Made by a program: the position numbers and the translations under genes
Notes under the pieces: model-generated
What the model saw: only the letters and a program-made list of their open reading frames with translations
Told to the model about the DNA's origin: nothing
The model's database searches: none
In this document: piece after piece, positions 1-7,663 of the stretch
Layout: each line of letters starts with the position of its first letter
Numbering within the stretch: the stretch's first letter is position 1
Assembly (NCBI GenBank): GCA_963729415.1
Contig: CAVSOD010000013.1
Coordinates: 14,784 to 78,783 of the forward strand
Source: an uncultured Acidobacteriota bacterium
GTDB lineage: Bacteria > Acidobacteriota > Terriglobia > Terriglobales > Acidobacteriaceae
DNA: 64,000 nucleotides
Direction of reading: 5' to 3'

Positions 1-870
1 ACCTGGCCCAATTTGCTGAAGGGTGAAGGCGCGCAACTTGTCGTCAAATTGGTCCTTGCATCACTGTTGATCTGGCTTCCTTATCGATTGATCGCCAGAA
101 GCGCGCGTCGCTGGTGGCTCTATTGCGCCCTCGCTCTGATCCCGGTTGCTTTTCTGGCTCTGGTCGCGTGGCCGGTGTGGGTCGATCCGCTGACGACGAC
201 CTATAAACCTCTCGACGATCGCCCGCTGGAAGCGCGGATTGACGCGCTGGCCGCGCGGTGCGGTATCACTCACATCCCCGTCATGGTGGGCGGCAACAGC
301 ACGGGGGTGACTGGCCTCGGCCCAACCAATCGCATTGTTCTCCAGAGCAACCTGGCGTCGGTCGAAACACCTGACTAAGTCGTATTCACCATCGGCCACG
401 AGTTAAAACACTACGTCATGGACGACAACTGGAAGGGGTTGGCGATCATCGCTGTTTGCCTGCTGGCGGGATTCTGGCTTACCGACCGCCTGGGCCGCGC
501 GGCCATCCGCCGATTCTCAGGGCGCTGGGGGTTCAGCGAACTTTCCGATCCGGCGTCCCTTCCGCTGATCGTGTTCCTGTTGACCTTCTTGTGGCTTGCC
601 ATTGTGCCGTTTTTCAATCTGTTTGCGCGTCATATCGAGCTCGAAGCCGACCGCTTTGGCCTTGAATTGACCCATCAAAATCACGCGGCGGCGATGGTGT
701 TCGCGAGGGATGCCAGTTCCGGTGACGTTGCGGCCGATTGGGATACTTTCTTCCTTATCTTCCAGGCGACGCATCCCTCCGTTGCCCAGCGGATCGAATT
801 CGCCAACACCTATAAGCCGTGGGAACAGGGGAAGCCGTTGGTCTACGGCAACGTCTGCAAGCCCGAGTGA
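1..870 (+). pseudogene. M48-family zinc metallopeptidase (Ste24/HtpX-like), 5' end outside window, broken by an in-frame TAA at 376-378
   Basis: ORFs 13..378 and 418..870 share one frame. Reading through gives ...SVETPD*VVFTIGHELKHYVMDD.... The HExxH motif (HELKH, 394-408) lies between the stop and the next ATG. Downstream ELEADRFG is the usual third-ligand region of M48 peptidases. Confidence 0.8.
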
Positions 871-1015
871 TTCGAGCCGGCGATTCCAGAAACTGGTGTT
901 AATGAATCAAATCGGCGAGCTTTCTGCCTAGGCCACCAGCAACTGGTCCGTGGATAATGGGCTAGAACTGCATCTCGTGATAGGTCCTCGCAAGCCGCAT
1001 TGAGGAAGCGACCCG

Positions 1016-1059
1016 AGCGTGACTCTCACAACTGTTTCGGATTGTGCCCGAGTCACGCT
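1016..1059. repeat. perfect 10-bp inverted repeat AGCGTGACTC / GAGTCACGCT with a 24-nt loop
   Basis: Read directly from the sequence. It lies about 330 bp beyond the 3' end of the IS91-like transposase fragment, so it might be an element-end hairpin. Confidence 0.4.
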
Positions 1060-1384
1060 AGTGCTTTTTCGGACGCGACGCCGAATGAGTGCTCAAGGCT
1101 GAAAGAAGGTGAGAGGCGTCGTGTTCGAAAAAGCCGTCAGAAGGAAGCCGCTGGCGCGGCGGACGCAGGACTTATGCAAATTGAATGGAGCGAGCGAGGG
1201 GTGTAGAAGTTGGCGGGAGTGGTCAAGGCCAGTAGCGGAGGAGCCGGCGCACCTGAGCAAAGACGAGTTGATGGCCGAAGGGAGCCTAGGCGGGGACAGG
1301 AAGAAGATGTCTGGGTGTAGCGGAGACACAGTTCGGCAAGACGCTCTGAAGCGCGCCGACAGCGCGGTGTGTGGGCGAGTGATT

Positions 1385-1618
1385 TCATGCAGCCGTGGCC
1401 AGGAGTGGTGGAGAACGGAGTTGGAGTTGTGCCGCTGTGAATCGTTCGACGACGGCCATCGGTCCGCCGCACTTGGGACAGCGCCACAGCGGGGGCGGTG
1501 TAGGAGCGGTCGACGTTTGCGATTCGTTTTTCGGTGGAGTGGCGTGGAGAGCGGCGAAGCACCGTGGCAGCAGGGCGGCGCGCCTGCGGTTGGCGAGGAA
1601 GCCGAAGTGGCGGATGCG
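1385..1618 (-). mobile_element. C-terminal fragment (77 codons) of an IS91-family (Y2/HUH rolling-circle) transposase
   Basis: The frame shifted by one nt relative to ORF 1137..2093 translates RIRHFGFLANRRRAALLPRCF...PLWRCPKCGGPMAVVERFTAAQL..., with stop TGA at 1385-1387. The RH(F/Y)GxLAN box plus a CPxCG zinc-ribbon tail is what I recall for IS91-type C-termini. Confidence 0.6.
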
Positions 1619-1619
1619 G

Positions 1620-2093
1620 GCCTTTGCCGTCCTGAATATGCACGACCATGCGTCGGCTATCGATGTCGCTGACCTTCAGGCGCGTGAGCTCGGTGCGGCG
1701 CACGCCGGTACCGTAGAGGGTCATCAAAATGGTGCGATAGAAGGGAGTGGGCGCAGCATCGATGAGCTGTGCTACTTCTTCCGGACTGAGAATGGTGGGC
1801 AGGCGATAGCGCTTCTTGGGATAGGGGGTGTCGGCAGCATTCACGAATGTCGTGAATCTGCTCACCAGTAACTCCGACCTCCGGCGCTCGTGAATAAGCG
1901 ATAGCAGGGCCGTGACGACCCCGAACTCAGGCAATGTGGTCCACCGCACTCGCACGTCTTCGTCCTGGCGCGAGAGCAAAGAAACGACGCCCCTCTGGAG
2001 TTCAGGATTGCCGACGACTGCCGCTCCCAGACTCTGCGCGAGCTCCCGCACCCCGGTAGTAAAACCGGCCGCATCAAAAGCGGATCGTTGCAC
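1620..2093 (-). mobile_element. truncated tyrosine recombinase (phage-integrase family), catalytic C-terminal half deleted
   Basis: ORF 1137..2093 reads ...PKKRYRLPTILSPEEVAQLIDAAPTPFYRTILMTLYGTGVRRTELTRLKVSDIDSRRMVVHIQDGKG, which is integrase-like and includes the first Arg box. It then collapses into Pro/Arg-rich nonsense. Confidence 0.65.
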
Positions 2094-2119
2094 GGCCTGG
2101 TAGCTCCGTAGCCGATAGT

Positions 2120-2923
2120 TCAGGAGCTGCGGCTGAAGCTCAGCTGCGATTCTGTCCTCTTCTGGTCAAGGAACACGGATTTCGCGTCCGTCGGTGGCGC
2201 CGTGACTCTCAGCATCCCCTCGCTCACTTCCATGTCGATATCGCTTTCCATGGAATAGACAGCTTTGGCACACCGCATATCCATGAACTCACCCCGCCTG
2301 GCAATGTAGGCTCCACGACTGCCGGAAGCGCGCAACAATCCGCGCATCTGGTGCGTCAAGCCCGAAATGTCAATCAGCAGTGTGGGATGCAAATGCATCG
2401 GAAGGGCCCAGAATCCCGCAGGATTCAGCTCAGCCACGACAACGCCATGCCGGCAGAAGCACCGCAGAAGTCTGAGAAGGCGCCTCGCCTCTGCAGACGA
2501 CGGTCCTGAGATGACGAGCGTGGGTGGCGTGGACAAGATTTCAGGAAACCATGAGGCCAAAACGAAGTAGGGGATGGCGTGTAATTCCCGGGCTGGGAGC
2601 CTGAAGTACTTGTTCACGACATCGACGATCTTCTCGAAGAGCCCTGTGACGGATCCGTATCCGATCGCATTGACCGGAAAACGAATCGCCTCCAAAGTGC
2701 TTGAGTCGAGGGAAACTGGCACATAGATTCTGTCCCCGACCTTAAATCGGCCCGCTACCAGCGCTCGTTTCCCATCCCACAGGAGGAGAGCGAGTTTGCC
2801 AGGGATCGAGTTATCGGAGACGAGCTCCAAAATCCGCCCGTCCGAGAAATACTCCCCGGCCGTTGGAAGTACAAGATCTGACACGACAGATTTCTTGCGC
2901 GCGTTCGGCACCATGGCCACCAT
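2120..2923 (-). CDS. hypothetical protein (267 aa), no motif recognised, embedded in mobile-element debris
   Basis: Long ATG-initiated ORF with protein-like composition. No Walker, HTH or catalytic motif that I can name. Same strand as, and 26 nt upstream of, the integrase remnant. Confidence 0.45.
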   Translation of the reverse strand: MVAMVPNARKKSVVSDLVLPTAGEYFSDGRILELVSDNSIPGKLALLLWDGKRALVAGRFKVGDRIYVPVSLDSSTLEAIRFPVNAIGYGSVTGLFEKIVDVVNKYFRLPARELHAIPYFVLASWFPEILSTPPTLVISGPSSAEARRLLRLLRCFCRHGVVVAELNPAGFWALPMHLHPTLLIDISGLTHQMRGLLRASGSRGAYIARRGEFMDMRCAKAVYSMESDIDMEVSEGMLRVTAPPTDAKSVFLDQKRTESQLSFSRSS

Positions 2924-3159
2924 TCCCGTCGGCGGGAGACTGACTCACAATAGGGCCGGCCCGCCAATAGGAGCAAAATTTTTGGGGAACACGTTGGTGA
3001 CCTGAGGCAGAGGAGGAAGTCTCGAACGAGACTCACAGCCTGCTTAAAAAGTTATCTCAGCGCGGCAAACCTGTCAACACTGTGTACTCGTCCGGAGGAT
3101 GAGTGACACTTTTCATTCCTTTCGTTGAGATGAGTTCTGCCGGAGGAACTGGAGCGGGG

Positions 3160-3579
3160 TTAGGCAGCCGAGGGCCTGATGAGGGCGGAGAGTTTGTAGA
3201 TTTTTTCCGAGTGGCGGAGTTCGCGGTTGAGTTGGTTCATCTCCAGGGAACAGGGCGTGACCTGGCAGAACTCATCGGTGTGGGTGCGGTTGGCGCGCTC
3301 CACCGCGCCGTTGAGTTTGGGAGAACGGGGAGGAAGAACGGAAGAACGAACAGATGGACACCGCGCTGCTGGCAGGCCTGTTCGAACTCAGCGGCAAACT
3401 CGGGGCCGCTGTCGATCTGCACCGCCCGGATGGGAAACAGCATACGGTGCTGTTTTCCGACGCCCTACGACCCACGAGAAGACCGAGGTCCGTCCGATTT
3501 CGACATTCGCCACCCGAACGCGAGCGCTATCAAGATGCTGGCGGAGTACTCGCAGGTTTTGCGAATTTGTCGTCCCCAA
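3160..3579 (-). mobile_element. degraded DDE (rve/integrase-core) transposase remnant with several frameshifts
   Basis: The fragments ...FPIRAVQIDSGPEFAAEFEQACQQRGVHLFVLP and PRSPKLNGAVERANRTHTDEFCQVTPCSLEMNQLNRELRHSEKIY... lie in different frames. They are separated by a tandem 8-bp duplication (GGAAGAAC x2, 3332-3347). Stop at 3160-3162. Confidence 0.7.
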
Positions 3580-4657
3580 TCGGAGCGGCCTGCTGGGTCT
3601 GCTCGATCTGAATCGTGAAGCTTGCGTCCGGGCGAGCGATGGTCCAGTGGAAAGGGGTTTTCACACCACCCTCTTCGCGATAATCTCCGTAGTCTATCTG
3701 TGCGGGGTTGCGGCCGAGGGGCGTTTGTACATAGCGCAGCGTGCGAATCAACAATCCCGACTGCTGGTCGAAATAAAGTTGCACGGGCGGCCAATTATCC
3801 CGCATTCCCAGGACCAAGTAAGCCAAGTGACCATTGATTTGTTCCTTCTGTTGTAAGCGTAGTTCTTTGAAGAATTGCTTGATGGCGGTGGGGAAGAAAA
3901 GTACCGCGTCCACTCTGGCACCATCCAACTCTGATGGACCCATATCGTAAACCCCGCTGCTCGGTGTACTCAGCCAGCCCTCTTCTCCATTAATGCCTGT
4001 TACGCTGTCACCCCCAGGAAAGTGTACCGTAGTCAGTCGTTTGGCGGGCGCTTTGGCGAGGACTTCGATGGCAAAGTGTTTCGTGCCGACAGTCAACGTA
4101 CCTTTCTGAACGCGAGTTGAAATTTTCGCCACCGCGTCGGCACCGCCTACAGCCCCTAGATACTTTTGAAGAATTTCGTCTGCACTGGGCAGGTCAGCAG
4201 TGTTCGACTCGGGAGTCAGTTTGTCCTCTGCAACGATTTTGCCTTCTCCTTCACTGATCGTTGGTATCGCCACTGGCTTACGTGTGCCCCGATGACATGC
4301 GAAGCAGGTCACCTTCTGCTGGCCATCAAAGGAATCTTTATTAATTGCAAACATCATCCGCATCATCTTGCGTGCCGTCTGCTTGGTTTCCTTGTCATCC
4401 CTCTCAAACGCGTTTTCCAAATGACAGAAATCACATTGCACCCCTAGGGAGGCTGTGATGAACTGCATCGCCGGAATGAGTTGGTCGGAGGGAGCGTCTT
4501 TTAGCACCAGGATGTTTTTGTAAACCTGATCAGCGGTTTTCGGAACCGCGGTACGAGACGGGGATGGGGCGGACTGAGCCTCCAGCCAAACCGCAGTTCC
4601 CAGAACTCCTCCAGCCACACCTATGGCAAGGAGTACGTATTTCAAGCGCATATGCAT
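3530..4657 (-). CDS. secreted dihaem c-type cytochrome (reaction-centre cytochrome-c-like N-domain) fused to a ~230-aa non-haem C-terminal domain
   Basis: Signal peptide MHMRLKYVLLAIGVAGGVLGTAVWLEAQ. Two CxxCH motifs (CDFCH, CFACH). Starts 12 nt after the fucP stop. Confidence 0.7.
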   Translation of the reverse strand: MHMRLKYVLLAIGVAGGVLGTAVWLEAQSAPSPSRTAVPKTADQVYKNILVLKDAPSDQLIPAMQFITASLGVQCDFCHLENAFERDDKETKQTARKMMRMMFAINKDSFDGQQKVTCFACHRGTRKPVAIPTISEGEGKIVAEDKLTPESNTADLPSADEILQKYLGAVGGADAVAKISTRVQKGTLTVGTKHFAIEVLAKAPAKRLTTVHFPGGDSVTGINGEEGWLSTPSSGVYDMGPSELDGARVDAVLFFPTAIKQFFKELRLQQKEQINGHLAYLVLGMRDNWPPVQLYFDQQSGLLIRTLRYVQTPLGRNPAQIDYGDYREEGGVKTPFHWTIARPDASFTIQIEQTQQAAPIGDDKFAKPASTPPAS

Positions 4658-4669
4658 CCTCGATTGTCT

Positions 4670-5986
4670 TCAGTTCTCGACAGGTATGCTCCGCAACTCG
4701 GTTGCTTTCGGCAGATCAAGCGCAGGAAGGTAACCTCGCGTCGCGAAATAGAGTACATAGACGTGACAGAGGAATGGAACCAGAAAGGCGTAGCGGATAT
4801 TACTGACGTCGGAGATGTAACCCATAATCGCCGGAAAGACGGCGCCGCCAATGATGGACATTACTAATAAGGAAGAGCCAAGCTTGGTGTGCGGGCCAAG
4901 GTGCTTGAGACTCAGGGCGAAGATCGTCGGGAACATAATCGAATGAAAGAAACCGAGCAGAACCAGTGCCCACATGGGCGCCACTCCAGTTCCAAGAAGC
5001 ACGATTGTGAGACAGGTCAAAGCCGAGACACCGAAGAGCGAGAGCATGCGGGAAGCGGCGACGTGCTTCATGATCGCGGAGCCCGCAAATCTGCCAATCA
5101 TGAATCCCAGCAGGTGCAGCTTCAGATAATTCGCCGCATGTTTTTCAGGCAACCCAGGCATGCTGTATTGCGCAAACCGGATGACAAAGCTGGCGACACC
5201 CACTTGGGCACCAACATAGAAAAACTGTGCCAGAACGCCCTTTAGCAGATGTTTGTACGGCCACAACCCTCTCAGACCAGGGCCGGCACCCAAGACTTCC
5301 TTATCCCCATCCTCTTCCCGGACCTCCGGTAATCGGGCAAAGAAAATGAGGGCAGCCACGGCGAGGAAAAGTCCTGCGATTACAAGATAGGGCACTTTGA
5401 CGGTAGCTGCTTCCGCGACCTCGTAGGCATGCAGTTGCACCGGAGTCATGGCCGCCAACTGTGCGCGCGAATATTCCACTCCAGAAAGGATGAAGGCAGC
5501 GCCAACGATAGGTGTAACCACCGCACCGACGGAGTTAAAAGATTGAGCGAGGTTCAAGCGGCGCTCGGAGCTTTCGGGAGGGCCGAGGATTGTCACATAT
5601 GGATTTGCAGCCACTTCGAGAACTCCCTGACCACATGCCATCACAAAGAGCGCGAACAGGAAAAATAAGTACAGTCTTACCGATGCTGCCGGAATGAACA
5701 AGAGAGCTCCGGTCGCACAGGTCAACAGGCCAACCAGGATTCCCCGCTTGTAGCCGATCTTCTCCATCAGCCAGCCCGCTGGTAGAGCGGCCAGGAAGTA
5801 GCCTCCGAAGAATGCTGTCTGGATCAATGAAGACCGGAAGTCCGTGAGGTGAAACGCTTTTTTCAGATGAGGAATGAGAATGTCGTTCAGATTGACACCA
5901 AAAGCCCAGAGGAAAAACAGACTGGTCACCAGGATCAGTGGCACAACGTAGCGGCGCTCCGTAATCGGCACGGAAGGTTTGGTCAT
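4670..5986 (-). CDS. fucP: L-fucose:H+ symporter permease (MFS, FucP family)
   Basis: 438 aa, collinear with E. coli FucP as I recall it (LFFLWAxxxNLNDILxPxxxxAFxLTxFxxxLIQxAFxxGYF...). Confidence 0.85.
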   Translation of the reverse strand: MTKPSVPITERRYVVPLILVTSLFFLWAFGVNLNDILIPHLKKAFHLTDFRSSLIQTAFFGGYFLAALPAGWLMEKIGYKRGILVGLLTCATGALLFIPAASVRLYLFFLFALFVMACGQGVLEVAANPYVTILGPPESSERRLNLAQSFNSVGAVVTPIVGAAFILSGVEYSRAQLAAMTPVQLHAYEVAEAATVKVPYLVIAGLFLAVAALIFFARLPEVREEDGDKEVLGAGPGLRGLWPYKHLLKGVLAQFFYVGAQVGVASFVIRFAQYSMPGLPEKHAANYLKLHLLGFMIGRFAGSAIMKHVAASRMLSLFGVSALTCLTIVLLGTGVAPMWALVLLGFFHSIMFPTIFALSLKHLGPHTKLGSSLLVMSIIGGAVFPAIMGYISDVSNIRYAFLVPFLCHVYVLYFATRGYLPALDLPKATELRSIPVEN

Positions 5987-5996
5987 ATCTCTCCTG

Positions 5997-6779
5997 TCAC
6001 GTCAAAGCACGATCCAGATGTACATAACCCCCGTCCACAAACAAGTGCTGGCCGGTGATGTGCCCAGCCTTCGCGGAAATGAGAAAGACAACCATGGCCG
6101 CGATCTCTTCGGGCGCCGTCATACGTTTGTCGAGAGGAATCTTGGCGACGACAGTCTTCAGCTTTTCTTGCGGAGACGGGAAGGTGTCGAGCCATTGTTG
6201 ATAGAGTGGGGTCATCACTTCGGCAGGGATGACCGCGTTTACTCGGATGCTGTAGGGAAGCAACTCGGCCGCCCACTCGCGGGTCATGCCCAGGATGGCG
6301 CCTTTGGACGCGACGTATCCCGATGTTCCTCCCTGGCCGGTAAGCGCGGTTTTCGAACTGATGTTGACGATCGAGCCCCGGCTGCGCTTTAGGTGTGGCA
6401 CCGAATAGTGCGCCATATTGTAGTAATGCAGGAGATTCCGCTCGAGCGAGCAGACAAAGTCCTTGGGGCTGCCATGTTCGAGCCCTACCTTGTCATTGAT
6501 TCCCGCGTTATTCACGAGGGCATCGATGTGATCGAAAGTCACGACCGCCTGCTCCACAATCTCTTTGCAGTCTTCGGCTGAACAGAGATCCATGGCGATG
6601 AAACTCGCCTGCAAACTCTGGGCCTGGATCTCATCATGCAATCGCTGACACGCTGCAAGATCCCGGTCGATGGCTACTGCGATGGCGCCCTCTTGGGCGC
6701 AGCACTTGGTGATGGCTGCGCCAATACCCTTTGCGCCGCCCGTCACCAGTACAACCTTGTCTTTGAGTTGGAGATCCAT
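5997..6779 (-). CDS. SDR-family oxidoreductase, candidate L-fucose/L-rhamnose 1-dehydrogenase or 2-keto-3-deoxy-acid dehydrogenase
   Basis: TGGAKGIG Rossmann motif and YxxxK (YVASK). 260 aa. Sits in the fucose locus. Confidence 0.8.
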   Translation of the reverse strand: MDLQLKDKVVLVTGGAKGIGAAITKCCAQEGAIAVAIDRDLAACQRLHDEIQAQSLQASFIAMDLCSAEDCKEIVEQAVVTFDHIDALVNNAGINDKVGLEHGSPKDFVCSLERNLLHYYNMAHYSVPHLKRSRGSIVNISSKTALTGQGGTSGYVASKGAILGMTREWAAELLPYSIRVNAVIPAEVMTPLYQQWLDTFPSPQEKLKTVVAKIPLDKRMTAPEEIAAMVVFLISAKAGHITGQHLFVDGGYVHLDRALT

Positions 6780-6838
6780 GGTGGAGCGCGGCCCAGTCCC
6801 GGCCCAGCCCTTCCTCGCAGCAGCAATGACCTAAAGGC

Positions 6839-7630
6839 TTAGCCGCGAAGGTTCAAGAAACCTCCGTCAATTGGGTAATCCGAGCCAGTGATAAAGGCTG
6901 CTTCATCGGAGCACAGGTAGAGCGCAAGGGCCGCGATCTCTTCGGGCTGCGCCATCCTTCCGATAGGCTGCGACTTCTCCAGCTTCTGAAACATTTCCTG
7001 TTCTTTGCCGGGATAATTCCTCCGCAGATAGCCATCGACAAAGGGCGTATGGACTCTCGCAGGCGAAATGCAATTGCAGCGAATGTTATGGGCCAGGTAA
7101 TCCTTGGCCACAGAATACGTCATCGCGACCACCGCGCCCTTGCTCATCGAGTAGGCAAACCGATCCGCAAGGCCCGATGTTCCAGCGATAGATGCCATGT
7201 TTAAAATGATGCCACCGCCGTTGGCTCTCATATCGGCAACGGATGCGCACATGCAGTTGTACATCCCTTTCACGTTCACTGAGAACACGTTGTCGAAATC
7301 CTGTTCCGACGTACCTTCCAGGTTGCCAATATGAGATATCCCGGCATTATTTACCAGAATATGGACGTGACCTTCCCTGAAGATTTTCTCGAATGTTGAG
7401 TTCACATCCTGCTGCTGGGACACGTTGCAGGCAAAGGCCTTCGCATTTCCTCCAGACGTCAGGATTTCTGAGGCGACCTGTTGGGCAGCATTTTCGTCGA
7501 TGTCGAGCAGACGGACGCGCGCTCCACTGCTCGCAAACCTTAGGGCTACTGCGCGCCCAATGCCGCTGGCAGCTCCAGTAACTACTGCGAGTTTGCCATC
7601 GAGGCGAAAAGAATGTGAATTCCCTGTCAA
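6839..7630 (-). CDS. SDR-family oxidoreductase, second dehydrogenase of the deoxyhexose locus
   Basis: TGAASGIG motif and YSMSK catalytic box. 263 aa. Confidence 0.8.
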   Translation of the reverse strand: MTGNSHSFRLDGKLAVVTGAASGIGRAVALRFASSGARVRLLDIDENAAQQVASEILTSGGNAKAFACNVSQQQDVNSTFEKIFREGHVHILVNNAGISHIGNLEGTSEQDFDNVFSVNVKGMYNCMCASVADMRANGGGIILNMASIAGTSGLADRFAYSMSKGAVVAMTYSVAKDYLAHNIRCNCISPARVHTPFVDGYLRRNYPGKEQEMFQKLEKSQPIGRMAQPEEIAALALYLCSDEAAFITGSDYPIDGGFLNLRG

Positions 7631-7663
7631 AAAGCTCCCTGTTCTGAGCCAAACAGCTCAAGT

